From IMG/VR virus record IMGVR_UViG_3300032116_000033, positions 32,001-96,000 of that record: a stretch of 64,000 nucleotides of DNA; one strand, written 5' to 3'. Position 1 is the stretch's first letter. Every line of letters begins with the position of its first letter. Below, piece by piece: positions 17,525 to 27,693 of this stretch. Source of the stretch: a virus. A program made the position numbers and the translations under genes. The notes below the pieces were generated by a model, which ran no database searches, was not told where the DNA came from, and saw nothing but the letters and a program-made list of their open reading frames with translations.

Positions 17525-18169
17525 ATGAAGACGTGCAGTAAGTGTAAAGAGTCTAAGAGTTTAGATAGTTTTGCAGGAGACAACAAAAGATCCGACGGAA
17601 AGCGCCCTTCCTGCAAGCAGTGCAATAGGGCTTTCTATAAGCAAAACTACAGCAAGGGCGACATACCGACGCCGATGACCGAAGAAGAGAAGCGCAAGAT
17701 AAGATCAGACTACTACAAAGACAACAAAGATATGCTGCTGGCCAAACATGCCAAGTGGAGATCAGAGAACAAAGATACAATAAAAGGGCTGAATCGCGCC
17801 TGGTACGAGAAGAACGGCAAGCAGTACTATAAAGACCGCTATGAAAATGATCTAAACTTCAGGATGTTGAAGGTGATAAGGTCTCGCTTAAACTCCGCGA
17901 TAAAAAACTGCGCCAAGACCGGATCGGCGGTGTCCTCGCTTGGCTGCTCGATAGAGGAGCTCAAGTCGCACCTGGCCGAGATGTTCCAGCCTGGTATGTC
18001 GTGGGACAACTGGGGCAAAGGCGATGGAAAATGGAACATAGACCACATCATTCCATTGAGCTCGTTCGACCTGTCGAATCCTGACGAATTCAACAAAGCC
18101 TGCAATTATAAAAACTTACAACCGCTGTGGGAGTTTGACAATCTTTCCAAGAAAGACAGACTAATTTAA
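17525..18169 (+). CDS. HNH endonuclease
   Basis: CSKC..CKQC zinc finger; LGCSIEELK..PGMSWDNWG..WNIDHIIP..YKNLQPLW. Confidence 0.85.
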   Translation: MKTCSKCKESKSLDSFAGDNKRSDGKRPSCKQCNRAFYKQNYSKGDIPTPMTEEEKRKIRSDYYKDNKDMLLAKHAKWRSENKDTIKGLNRAWYEKNGKQYYKDRYENDLNFRMLKVIRSRLNSAIKNCAKTGSAVSSLGCSIEELKSHLAEMFQPGMSWDNWGKGDGKWNIDHIIPLSSFDLSNPDEFNKACNYKNLQPLWEFDNLSKKDRLI

Positions 18170-18287
18170 AATAAAGCATACTACTAGCGATAGTATAATC
18201 TTGAGGTTATAGGTTTGCTGCTTAACTACAGCAGCGTGATATAGTAAATTACGAATGTTTAAATGCATTCACTTAAAGGAGTGAAAA

Positions 18288-18671
18288 ATGAGCAATCCAG
18301 TTCAAGTACTCGACAAAATTAAGAGAAACCTCGACGCAGTAGGCGTTGCGGCTACTCGAAATGCTACCTCAGTTACAGCAGCTGGTTTGACCATCAGCTA
18401 CACAGACGCGTCGATCCAGTCCCCGATGGGCGGCATCAACGACACAACATCTCCTTTCCTAGGTATCGGCATCGGCAACCCAGGGACGATCAAGATCAAA
18501 GGTGCAGCCGGCGAAAACAGCATCGCAGCCATCTTTGTGAACGCCTCAGACCTTGCAGTACTCGCTTGCTGCACCCGCTTCACTAACGACGTAGTCCTCG
18601 AAGCCGGTGACACGACGACCGAACTCGCTCGTCTTGCTGGTCACCCAGATATGAAGATGATGGGCCAATAA
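18288..18671 (+). CDS. putative virion (head) protein
   Basis: Strong SD AAGGAG; first gene of the scaffold-MCP unit. Confidence 0.5.
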   Translation: MSNPVQVLDKIKRNLDAVGVAATRNATSVTAAGLTISYTDASIQSPMGGINDTTSPFLGIGIGNPGTIKIKGAAGENSIAAIFVNASDLAVLACCTRFTNDVVLEAGDTTTELARLAGHPDMKMMGQ

Positions 18672-18691
18672 GGTTAAAGAGGAACAAACCG

Positions 18692-19390
18692 ATGGAAAAC
18701 AATCTCGCTAAAAGTCTCACCGATCTGATCGACGAGACGCTGGCTGAGATCGAGGCCCTTAAGAAGAGCGATCGCTTCGCAGCAGAAGAGATCGAGATGG
18801 GCCACGACGCAGACGGCGACATGCGCACTGAAGAAGTTGCAGCAAAAGCAGAAGACGAAGACGAAAAAGAAGAAGAGCACGAAGACGAAGAAGAGCACGA
18901 AGACGAAGCCAAGAAAGCTGAAAAAGCTTATTCTAAAGCAGAAGAAGAGTGCGAAAAAGCCGAGCACGCTTACAAAGAAGCTATGAAGAAGCGCGAGATG
19001 TGCAAGGCTGAGTGCGACAAATACATGGGCAAGAAAGAAGACAAGGACGACAAGGACGACAAAGAAGACAAGAAAGAAGACAAGGACGAGCTTTCCAAGT
19101 CGATCGACGCCAAGATCGCTCCTATCCAAAGTCAGATCTCTGAGCTTCTTAGCGCGGTAAAGCAGCTGGCGGAAGCGCCTGTTCCTGCTCGCGGCGCAAC
19201 CTACAAGCACGTTCAAGCCTTGGCTAAAGGTGCAGTAGAAGAAGAGCCGCTCAACAAGGCCCAGGTCCTGAACGAACTGATCACACTCAAGAAATCTGGA
19301 AAAGAAGTTTCTATCGAGGACGTCCTGAAGGCTGAGATCGGCGGAGCCGGCGAGCTTCAAGACATCGCTAACAAGTACGGCATCAAGTAA
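18692..19390 (+). CDS. putative scaffolding protein
   Basis: Highly charged and helical, immediately upstream of MCP, several LxKS/A motifs. Confidence 0.65.
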   Translation: MENNLAKSLTDLIDETLAEIEALKKSDRFAAEEIEMGHDADGDMRTEEVAAKAEDEDEKEEEHEDEEEHEDEAKKAEKAYSKAEEECEKAEHAYKEAMKKREMCKAECDKYMGKKEDKDDKDDKEDKKEDKDELSKSIDAKIAPIQSQISELLSAVKQLAEAPVPARGATYKHVQALAKGAVEEEPLNKAQVLNELITLKKSGKEVSIEDVLKAEIGGAGELQDIANKYGIK

Positions 19391-19408
19391 CTAAGGGAGA
19401 TATGAGAG

Positions 19409-20863
19409 ATGTATCAAGACGCAATGAATCAGATTATGCAAGGCTTGGAGCAGGGTCTCGTCTCCCAGGCTGAGATCGAGAACCTCAACAAGGCCCTCAG
19501 CGCTGGCTACGGCTACGCTGGTCGTCCGACCGACCTCACCTACGGTGGCGTTATCCAAACTGAATCGCTGGAATCTACTCTCAAAGTAGTGACCTTCGAC
19601 ATGAAGAACCTGAAGCTGTGGCCTGCCCTCAGCATCGACAAAGCCTACAACCTGTTCGAGCAGTACAACCGCTTGGTAGGCTACGGCTCCGACGCTTCTC
19701 CGTACATCGGCGAAGGCGGCAGCGGACAAGAAGAAGATTCAACATACGTACGCGACGGCCAACGGATCGCTTTCTTCAGCAAGCGTCGTAAGGTCTCGCA
19801 CCAGATGACACTCGTTCGCACCTCCGTAGGCGACGTAGTTGCTCAGCAGGCAAAAGAAGGAACGATGGACCTTCTGAAGAACGTCGAGCGCGAACTCTAC
19901 TGGGGCCACGCACACTTCACCGACGCCAACGGCGACCAGACCGGTGCAACCGCCGATCTTCCAGTAAACAGCATCGCGATGTCCGGCCTTCTCCAGCAGA
20001 TCCTGAAAGGTGACCGCGACAGCCAGTTCATCTCTAAAGACTTTGAAGGCTGGGGCGCTGAGTCGACCTCGATCGTCAAAGACCTCGCCGGCGCAAGCTT
20101 CGCGCAGGACGACGTAGAAGACCTCGCAGTAAAAGCACTCGAGAACTTCGGTGCACCGACCCAGTTCCACGCCGAGCCGCTCGCGATCTCGACCTTCGTA
20201 CGCCAGTTCTATCCTCAGTTCCGTAGCGAGCCAGGTCTCTCCGGTCAGACCGTAGGTTACGACGTTTCTAAGGTTACGACCACGGCGGGCGCGATCGACC
20301 TCAAGCCGAACCTCTTCCTCCGTCCTCGTCAGCAGGTTCGCTCGAGCGCAGTAAACGCAAGCGCACCAAGCATCGCAGGCCTCAGCATCGCTGGTACTGC
20401 TGCTGGTTCAGGATCTGATCTCGCCGCTGGTGCTTACAGCTACGCGTTGACCTTGGTTAACGACTTCGGTGAGTCTGCTCCAGTGTTGACTGCATCGGCT
20501 GTCAGCCCAACGGCTGGCCAACGCGTGACCATCGCCATCACCGGCTCGGTTCCGTCTACCGCCAAGTACTACAAGCTGTACCGCTCGGCTAACGGCGCCG
20601 CTGCTAGCACGGCTCAGTTCATCGGTAACTACCGCGTAGGCATCTCGGCTATCGTTGATGCTGGTCGTAAGCGTCCAGGCCTCGGCGAAGCATTCTTGCT
20701 GGATCTCGGCGCTGAGTCGATGAAGTTTAAGCAACTTGCCCCATTGGCTAAGATGAACCTAGCGGTAGTCACTACTGCTTTGGAATTCTTGCTCTTGATG
20801 TACGGAGCGCTTTTCGTGTATGCTCCTCGCTTCCAAGGCGTCATGAGAAACGTTGGCAAATAA
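19409..20863 (+). CDS. major capsid protein (SPO1/Twort-like)
   Basis: KALSAGYG..ESLESTLK N-arm, EQYN, ERELYWG, Ig-like insertion (YSYALTLVNDFGESAP), QLAPLAKMNLA; biased codons; terminator downstream. Confidence 0.88.
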   Translation: MYQDAMNQIMQGLEQGLVSQAEIENLNKALSAGYGYAGRPTDLTYGGVIQTESLESTLKVVTFDMKNLKLWPALSIDKAYNLFEQYNRLVGYGSDASPYIGEGGSGQEEDSTYVRDGQRIAFFSKRRKVSHQMTLVRTSVGDVVAQQAKEGTMDLLKNVERELYWGHAHFTDANGDQTGATADLPVNSIAMSGLLQQILKGDRDSQFISKDFEGWGAESTSIVKDLAGASFAQDDVEDLAVKALENFGAPTQFHAEPLAISTFVRQFYPQFRSEPGLSGQTVGYDVSKVTTTAGAIDLKPNLFLRPRQQVRSSAVNASAPSIAGLSIAGTAAGSGSDLAAGAYSYALTLVNDFGESAPVLTASAVSPTAGQRVTIAITGSVPSTAKYYKLYRSANGAAASTAQFIGNYRVGISAIVDAGRKRPGLGEAFLLDLGAESMKFKQLAPLAKMNLAVVTTALEFLLLMYGALFVYAPRFQGVMRNVGK

Positions 20864-20893
20864 GTTCTTAAGATTGTTGACTAAATGATCTTT

Positions 20894-20922
20894 AGGGTAC
20901 CGTTTATACGGTACCCTTTTTC
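20894..20922 (+). terminator. intrinsic terminator after MCP
   Basis: AGGGTACCGT-TTAT-ACGGTACCCT followed by a T-tract. Confidence 0.85.
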
Positions 20923-20980
20923 TTTATCAGTATACGAACAGCGTGCCATATAAGATCTCCATTTCTCCCACTGCTTAATT

Positions 20981-21010
20981 CATCTTCTGTGTATAATAAT
21001 ACCAGAGGTG
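20981..21010 (+). promoter_or_regulatory. TATAAT box within an RBS-occluding hairpin
   Basis: CATCTTCTGTGTAT pairs imperfectly with ATACCAGAGGTG (SD); TATAAT at 20992. Confidence 0.55.
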
Positions 21011-21014
21011 AGAT

Positions 21015-22556
21015 ATGTCTAGACTTACAGCAAAAGCAAACGATAAATACAATAGATGGACTTTCGTAGAAAAGAAACTTGGAGACGACGGTCGCCAGGT
21101 TGGATGGATCTGTAGGTGTGACTGTGGAACAGAGCGATTGATAAAGACGCCCAACACTATTCTTCACGGTAAGTCTCAGTCTTGTGGCTGCTACAAATCA
21201 GAGTTCTTTTCTGAAAACAATCCAATGTACAGAGAAGATATTGTTGAAAAAGTAAGACAATCTATGAAGTCTGATCCTAACAGACCAGAGATCTTAAAAA
21301 GGGCAGTCGAAGCCTCCAAGTCTCAACAGACCAAAAACAAAAGAAAGTCCACTAATCAGCTCAAATACGGCGGAGCAGCTCCTGCATGCAGCCCTGATAT
21401 CAAGGATAAGATCAAGTCTACCAATATTGACCGCTACGGAACTTCTGCTCCAAGTCAAAATAAAGAAGTGTTCGCAAAGATGTCTATGACAAACTTAGAA
21501 CGCTACGGTGTAGAAAATGCTATGCTCAACAAAGACGTAGCAATGAAGGTTGCAAGTTCTATATCTCAAACTCTAAGAGAAAAGGGAATTCAATCTTTTC
21601 CAGATGGCAGGATAGTCGTCGATTCCTGTAAAGAAAAAGGAGTAAGGCCTACTTCGCTTCGCAATGTCGCTAGAGAGCTTGGATGGGACGCTGCGCAAGA
21701 CTGGTTGGATAATTATCATAAACATCGTTCTTCTTTGGAGCTTCTGTCAATAAACATGTTTAAGAACAGCGGGTTAGATGCAGAGGCTTACAATCTTGGC
21801 GTCCCAGAGATGCTGGAAAAAGGTATTAGATATAGGCCAGATATCATATTGAAGCACGACAATAAAACTATATATGTAGATGTAGACGGACTATATTCAC
21901 ACTCGATGCGCGACAAACAATACCACATTAAAAAGGCATATACATATAAAGAAAACAACGTGCGTCTACTTCAGTTTCGCCAGGACGAAATAAAGAATAC
22001 TCCTGACATAGTCTGTTCTATGGTCGCCAATGTATTGGGTTTAAGCAAAAAGATAGGAGCTAGAAAACTTGAAGTTAAAAGCATCTCGGTCGACGATGCC
22101 GCTGCCTTTATGCAAAGCAACCATCTTATGGGCTCAGCAAGATGCTCGACTGCTATTGCTTTGGTCCTTAACTCAGAACCAATGATGGTTATAACGTATC
22201 GTCGTCACAAGGATGGCATAGACTTGGTCAGAGTCGCAACAAAGATTGGTTTTCAGATTCAGGGCGGATTGTCTCGTCTTCTGAAGCGTATAGAAACGTT
22301 ATCTAAACCACGATTCATTCAGTCGTTTGTAGATCTGCGCTACGCTGACGGTTCCAGCTTAAAGGCTGTAGGTTTTAATTTGATGTCTGTGACCTTAGGA
22401 TGGCAGTGGACAGACAATCATAATACGTTTAATAGACTGCGTTGTCGCGCAAATATGGACGACAGGCTGCTGTCAGAGAAACAACACGCAGAAGAACTTG
22501 GATGGACAAGGCTATATGACGCAGGTCAGGCAAAGTATGTTATGTATTGTGTTTAA
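21015..22556 (+). CDS. Hef-like / Vsr-like homing endonuclease
   Basis: CRCDCG..SCGC N-terminus, TNxxRYG repeats, RPDI..VDVDGLYSHS, GARKL..NHLMG, LYDAGQ; paralogue of 6512-8170. Confidence 0.75.
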   Translation: MSRLTAKANDKYNRWTFVEKKLGDDGRQVGWICRCDCGTERLIKTPNTILHGKSQSCGCYKSEFFSENNPMYREDIVEKVRQSMKSDPNRPEILKRAVEASKSQQTKNKRKSTNQLKYGGAAPACSPDIKDKIKSTNIDRYGTSAPSQNKEVFAKMSMTNLERYGVENAMLNKDVAMKVASSISQTLREKGIQSFPDGRIVVDSCKEKGVRPTSLRNVARELGWDAAQDWLDNYHKHRSSLELLSINMFKNSGLDAEAYNLGVPEMLEKGIRYRPDIILKHDNKTIYVDVDGLYSHSMRDKQYHIKKAYTYKENNVRLLQFRQDEIKNTPDIVCSMVANVLGLSKKIGARKLEVKSISVDDAAAFMQSNHLMGSARCSTAIALVLNSEPMMVITYRRHKDGIDLVRVATKIGFQIQGGLSRLLKRIETLSKPRFIQSFVDLRYADGSSLKAVGFNLMSVTLGWQWTDNHNTFNRLRCRANMDDRLLSEKQHAEELGWTRLYDAGQAKYVMYCV

Positions 22557-22596
22557 TTTAAAAAGCACCTCCGACGAAGTACTCGCATACCTTCGC

Positions 22597-23517
22597 TCAG
22601 TATATCCCAAGCGAGTCTAGTCCGTCTATGAACCTCGCAGCGGTCATCTTGGTCACACACTCCGCAAGATCCATCTTCCTCGGGCAGTTGTTGAAGTTCC
22701 AGAAGTTAAGGTTCCAGTCTGACTCGCAGAAGTTACAGTGAATGTTCGGCACCACCGCTATTGTCTTTGCGTTGCCCCTGAACGGTACGCGATACTCAGG
22801 CCGAACCGTCGTAAATCCGCACACCACCGGGGTCTGGGTCGTGAAGGCGATGTGTATGGGCCCGCTGTCCATGCCGACGACGGCTTTCGACCTTGCCATC
22901 ACCGAGGCCAGCTCGCGGAACGTGGTCTGATTCCGTAGGTCAACGCCGAATCCTGGATACTCGAAGTCCGATATGGCCAGGTTCTTCTTCCATATGCTTA
23001 TCGCACCGGTTTTTCCGACGTACACCGGCGTCAGTCCCTTCGAGGCGACGTACTGCGAGATCTTGAGGATCTCGTCCGGCAAGATGCTCCGCTGTCTGTC
23101 GCGGTAAGTCGTTATTATGACTACTGCTTTATCGAAGTCTACGCCGTAGCGCGAGACGTCCACCGGCTCCAGCGGCACGTACTGCAGCTCGACGTCGTTC
23201 AGGACCTTGGCCATTAAGTTTATCGACCCGTAGTGCGCGAGCTTCATCCTGGACGGCGTAATCTTGCAGACGTTGCTTTTGTCTCTGGGCGGGTTCAGGA
23301 AGCGGACCGAGTAATCGCTGGGATAGTCTGGCGTTATGGCCACGAACCTGTCCGCCGGCACGAACGGAAACAGGTCCTTGAAGTCGTCGTATATCCCCAC
23401 CAGGTACGGTGTCTTGGCGTGGTAGTTGTCTATGGTGTACTTCAGCGTCGGTGCGGCCGCCACGAGATCGCCCACCGCGGCGCTGTTTAGTGCGTATACG
23501 GTCTTGTTGGCGAACAT
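22597..23517 (-). CDS. glycosyltransferase family 9 (heptosyltransferase-like)
   Basis: AVGDLV N-terminal motif; DLRNQTTFRELASVMARSKAVVGMDSGPIHIA. Confidence 0.82.
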   Translation of the reverse strand: MFANKTVYALNSAAVGDLVAAAPTLKYTIDNYHAKTPYLVGIYDDFKDLFPFVPADRFVAITPDYPSDYSVRFLNPPRDKSNVCKITPSRMKLAHYGSINLMAKVLNDVELQYVPLEPVDVSRYGVDFDKAVVIITTYRDRQRSILPDEILKISQYVASKGLTPVYVGKTGAISIWKKNLAISDFEYPGFGVDLRNQTTFRELASVMARSKAVVGMDSGPIHIAFTTQTPVVCGFTTVRPEYRVPFRGNAKTIAVVPNIHCNFCESDWNLNFWNFNNCPRKMDLAECVTKMTAARFIDGLDSLGIY

Positions 23518-23602
23518 TCATCGTCTCCTGGTGATGTGCGTCGTTTGTGCACATCGTGTTTGTACAAAGTATAAGATCGTAGTAACGCAACGTGAGGATC
23601 GT

Positions 23603-23971
23603 ATGGCGCTCGTTACCTTATCAGCATCGGCATCAAAAGGCGGTTCCGTGGTCGTGACCCTGGACAAGACTACACTTTTTGGACTATCGCCCGTTTCCGG
23701 CGACCCGTACTGGTCGGACGACTTCAACGTCGACCGCGTGCTCGTCCACTACGCGTCTGCTGCAAACAAGCAGCGCAAGATCTTGACTTTTCACGTAGAA
23801 GACGCCCAGCCAGAGGCCGATGTATTCTTCTCGCTGTCGGCGGACGACGAGTTTCAGCTGGACCTGATAACCCTTATCGACTACGACGGCGCGACCTTCA
23901 CCTTAGGCAGACCCGCGCTCGCCACCGCCATACCTACCATCTCATCGCTGGACATAAGCGTAGGCGAGTGA
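23603..23971 (+). CDS. putative virion protein, resembling the C-terminal domain of 36257-41812
   Basis: SD GAGGA before ATG 23603; terminator downstream; pattern shared with the adhesin C-terminus. Confidence 0.55.
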   Translation: MALVTLSASASKGGSVVVTLDKTTLFGLSPVSGDPYWSDDFNVDRVLVHYASAANKQRKILTFHVEDAQPEADVFFSLSADDEFQLDLITLIDYDGATFTLGRPALATAIPTISSLDISVGE

Positions 23972-23992
23972 ACGCAGTGAGATCCTCCTTTT

Positions 23993-24020
23993 GGGTTCGG
24001 CCTTTAGGTCGGACCTTTTT
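23993..24020 (+). terminator. intrinsic terminator
   Basis: GGTTCGGCC-TTTA-GGTCGGACC followed by a T-tract. Confidence 0.75.
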
Positions 24021-24088
24021 GCTTTTTACCGATGTCATTAACTTCGGTTGATAGTATAATTGATATAGCTTTGATAAGGAGAGCCTAG

Positions 24089-24400
24089 ATGGCACGCGCT
24101 ATAAATTTACCAACCGGAGCGAGCAGGATCGCAGACGTTGGGCTGGTTTGGCAAGAGATCAAGTCCGGCGGTGGATCGACCACCTTCGAGGTTCCAAAGT
24201 ACTGCGCCGTTCGCGTGCGGTCTGCCATCGCGAGCCTTACGGTCTCGTTCGACTCTGTTCTTTCGGCGACGATGGCGGACACAGAGGTCCTGATCTTCAA
24301 CAGCGGTCGCGGATTGAACTCCGACACGAAAGACACCGTCACCCTTACGGTCAGCGGCAACTGCTTTATCCAACTAGGCATAGAAGTAGACAGGGCATAA
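24089..24400 (+). CDS. hypothetical beta-rich virion protein
   Basis: TATAAT at 24055 and SD AAGGAG upstream. Confidence 0.55.
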   Translation: MARAINLPTGASRIADVGLVWQEIKSGGGSTTFEVPKYCAVRVRSAIASLTVSFDSVLSATMADTEVLIFNSGRGLNSDTKDTVTLTVSGNCFIQLGIEVDRA

Positions 24401-24401
24401 C

Positions 24402-25475
24402 ATGCGCACTCTTGCTTCGTTTCGCGAGCTTCTGCTCAGGAAAACAGACGACAACGATTTACGGTATCTGATAAAGACGGCCGCAGACGAAGTCATAGCG
24501 GATCATGTTCTCGAGTCGCTCGAGAAGATGGCGACGAACAAGAGCGCCGGATCTCACGCGAACGCCGCGATCCGGGATCTGGGTTCGCAGATGGACCCAG
24601 AGCTCGAGCCAGCGATGATACGCGAAGCGCTCGGGCACCACGCGTCTCGCTACAAAGCTGCGCTGCAGGGCGAAAATCAGGGCATGGCAAACAAGCACGC
24701 CGAGCAGTTCTTTAAACTACTGGACATGGTGCACAAGCTTCAGCCTCACTCTGGCGGAAAACTTCACGCCGACGCTGTAGACATAAAGCCGTGGGAGCGA
24801 ACGCATTCCTCTAAGTCCGAGACTTTCGCGCAGCGCATAGCACGCGATCCTGAGTACGCCAAAGACAACCCGGTCACTCGCGGCAAGAAAAAACCGCACC
24901 AGTTCGTCAACGACACAGAAGGCTTCTCCTTCAAGCCTAAAGGAAACGACTGGTCCTTCCTTCAGGGCAACCCTCACGAGGCGTACGCAGGCGAGACGCT
25001 CAAGACAGGCCACACCGGCGCATACCCGATGGAGCGGACCAAGATCAACGGAAAACACATTCCCATAGAAGACGTGTCAGAGATTCACGACGGAAATTTC
25101 AACCATCCGTTCGACCATCACCCTATAATGTCTCACTACAACGAGTCTAGCAAGAGCCGCTCTCCTGAGCGAGACTCTCAGTATGTCTCTCAAAGAGACG
25201 CGTATATGGACTCTGAGCATGTCGGACGCCATCTTCAGCACCAAGAAGATCTTCACGGCTCTGGTCAGCTCGAGGGAAGAGGCCGTACGTTCGGCGCACC
25301 GGTCCACGGTGAAAAAACACCGGCGCCAGCACAACCGGTTCCAGCACCAGCGCAACCGGCTCCAGCCCAGGCGCCTGTCGTTCGCAGATCCGCCGGTTCA
25401 GCCGTGACTCCGTCCGGCGACGTCGATATGTCCAAGCTTTCACCCGCCGCACGCGCGTTGCTCGGAGGTAAATGA
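24402..25475 (+). CDS. hypothetical protein, probable internal head protein
   Basis: Hydrophilic; PA-rich tail; in the late operon. Confidence 0.5.
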   Translation: MRTLASFRELLLRKTDDNDLRYLIKTAADEVIADHVLESLEKMATNKSAGSHANAAIRDLGSQMDPELEPAMIREALGHHASRYKAALQGENQGMANKHAEQFFKLLDMVHKLQPHSGGKLHADAVDIKPWERTHSSKSETFAQRIARDPEYAKDNPVTRGKKKPHQFVNDTEGFSFKPKGNDWSFLQGNPHEAYAGETLKTGHTGAYPMERTKINGKHIPIEDVSEIHDGNFNHPFDHHPIMSHYNESSKSRSPERDSQYVSQRDAYMDSEHVGRHLQHQEDLHGSGQLEGRGRTFGAPVHGEKTPAPAQPVPAPAQPAPAQAPVVRRSAGSAVTPSGDVDMSKLSPAARALLGGK

Positions 25476-25476
25476 T

Positions 25477-26838
25477 ATGCCAAAAGGTGTCGTAGAGACT
25501 CAAGCCCAAGAGAAGAAGTGGGAGCGAGCAAAAGACATCGCAGAGAAGCAGGGCAAAGGAAAGCGGTGGCCCTTGATAATGCACATCTTCAAGGAACTTG
25601 GAGGCATGTCAAAGGTCGAGGGCGAGGACAGGAACGTGCTCATCGAGCGCGCCCTTGAGCGCCAAGGAAAAAAGACCGTCATGCCAGACGAGGTTCATCA
25701 GGTTCTTCACTCGTGGTGGAACGACAACAATGCAAAGAAGCTCACACATGAGCAGCATCAGGCTTTAGCGGACATCAAGACCGCAAAGAACAAGCCAAAG
25801 CCTAACTTGAAGCTCGCTAAGGCGCGCGAGCTAGAGGGCCTGTATGGTGCACTTAGCGCGCTTCGTCAGGTGATCGCAGAAGACCTGCGCAAAGACAGCA
25901 AGAAGTCATCGTCTCGCGAGTGGGAGATGAGCAAGAACCACACTCCTCAGGAGATGGCCGAGATGAACAAGCTGATCCAGGAGGGATACCATCCTCGCGA
26001 GGCAGCGCATCTTGTGTCTAAGGGACTAGGCGGCCGCGGCGAGCCTCGCGACTTCATGCGTGCTCTGACCAGCGGTGTAAAGCCAACCATGATGTCAGAC
26101 AAGATGATGGGCGAGATGCGCGACGTCGCCAGACAGTGGCTCGACAACTACCACACCAAGACGGCAAAATACCTCGAGCCAGAGAAGAATCCCATCAAGC
26201 ACGCTTCGGCGCAGATGAAGGCAGCTCACCAGGGCAGATCGGCAAAGTTCGACAAAGAGTTCTCAGATTTCCTTGCTTCGGACGAGCTCAAGGGAAAATC
26301 TCCCATGGAGCGACACAAAGCGGTCCAAGCCTGGAAAACCGACTGGCGCTCCAAGAACCCAGAGCACGACGCCTCGATAGTCGACGTAAACCAGGCCGGA
26401 AAGCAGTTCAAGGAATCTGAGGCCGCTCGTCGTCAACACGTCGACGAGATCAAGGCGCATCTCGTTCACGGCGGCATGCCGGTCGAGTCTGCGTCTGGCG
26501 AGGAGTTCGAATCTGCACCGATGACCGGTCGCGCGGTGGCCGAGCACATGGGCCTAAAGCAGGACGAGGAAGGCGGCATGCAGTACGCTACGACAAAAGA
26601 TCCTGCGATGCAGTTTGCCGGTGCCCACAAGAAGTTCATCGAGAGCCAGCTTGCTCCTCAGGTTCGCGCAAAGCAGGCACAGCAAGCACCCGCAGCGCCC
26701 GTAGCAGTGTCGGCAGAGCCGAAACCCGCAGCGCCGGCTGAGCCAGCGAAAGCAGTCATAAGACGCCGAGCCTCGCCAGAGCAGGTCGAGCGAATGTCCC
26801 GCATAGACGCAGCCAAGATGGCAGAGAAGAAGGGGTAA
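25477..26838 (+). CDS. hypothetical protein, probable internal head protein
   Basis: K/E/M-rich; N-terminal EKKWERAKDIAEKQG module; PA-rich tail like the previous gene. Confidence 0.5.
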   Translation: MPKGVVETQAQEKKWERAKDIAEKQGKGKRWPLIMHIFKELGGMSKVEGEDRNVLIERALERQGKKTVMPDEVHQVLHSWWNDNNAKKLTHEQHQALADIKTAKNKPKPNLKLAKARELEGLYGALSALRQVIAEDLRKDSKKSSSREWEMSKNHTPQEMAEMNKLIQEGYHPREAAHLVSKGLGGRGEPRDFMRALTSGVKPTMMSDKMMGEMRDVARQWLDNYHTKTAKYLEPEKNPIKHASAQMKAAHQGRSAKFDKEFSDFLASDELKGKSPMERHKAVQAWKTDWRSKNPEHDASIVDVNQAGKQFKESEAARRQHVDEIKAHLVHGGMPVESASGEEFESAPMTGRAVAEHMGLKQDEEGGMQYATTKDPAMQFAGAHKKFIESQLAPQVRAKQAQQAPAAPVAVSAEPKPAAPAEPAKAVIRRRASPEQVERMSRIDAAKMAEKKG

Positions 26839-26841
26839 GAC

Positions 26842-27675
26842 ATGGCAATCAGCAACTCGCCGAACAATCCTCCGTTTCCGTTCATGGAGGGCGAAGAGAA
26901 AGAACCAGGGAGTGTGACCCGCTACCTGTCGCTTCCTACTGCCCAGACGCTCAAGGATACTAGTCTGTTCGGCATACCGCTGAAGTCTGCGCTCACCGGG
27001 CAGACCTTGTCAGACGACACGCTCGATAAGTACATCATTAAAGCGATCTCGAGCCTAGAGCACACCCTCAATATGTTCATAACTCCTGTGCACTTCGAGG
27101 AGAGACACGACTACGATCGCGAGATCTGGACGCAGCAGTACGCCTGGGTTAAACTGAACAACTCGCCCATACTCGACGTGCAGTCGGTCCAGCTCAGCTT
27201 CGGCAACGGAACCCCGCTTCCTCCGCTGGTAGAATTTCCTTTGGAATTCGTGTACGTCAACGGTCAAGAAGGTGCGATTCGTTTAGTTCCTGTTTTAGGA
27301 ACGCCTACGTCTGGTTTTGTTCTGTCTTCTTTCGCGGGCGCGCAGTTCATGGCTTTGATCGCCATGGGGATCTGGAACTTTCCTGGTGCGGTGCTTGTTA
27401 AATATCGCGCTGGATTCGAGCCAAACAAAGTCCCAGCGATGATATCGGGCTTGATAGAGAAGATGGCAGCGTACATGGTTTTGAGCACGATAGGGCATCT
27501 ACTGTTTCCATACAGTTCGGTAGGGATATCACTAGACGGGACCGGGCAAAATGTGGGCCTTCCCGGCCCGCAGTTTCTAGCAGCCAGACTGCAGCAACTG
27601 CAACAGCAGATTCAAGAAGAGACCGATGCGGCTAAAAACTACTATTTAAAGAAGTTCCTGATCGACCATATCTGA
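26842..27675 (+). CDS. putative neck / head-tail adaptor protein
   Basis: YIIKAISSLEHTL, SPILDVQSV, VKYRAGF and SISLDG-like (VGISLDG) patterns. Confidence 0.6.
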   Translation: MAISNSPNNPPFPFMEGEEKEPGSVTRYLSLPTAQTLKDTSLFGIPLKSALTGQTLSDDTLDKYIIKAISSLEHTLNMFITPVHFEERHDYDREIWTQQYAWVKLNNSPILDVQSVQLSFGNGTPLPPLVEFPLEFVYVNGQEGAIRLVPVLGTPTSGFVLSSFAGAQFMALIAMGIWNFPGAVLVKYRAGFEPNKVPAMISGLIEKMAAYMVLSTIGHLLFPYSSVGISLDGTGQNVGLPGPQFLAARLQQLQQQIQEETDAAKNYYLKKFLIDHI

Positions 27676-27693
27676 AACACCAAGGATCGACGT

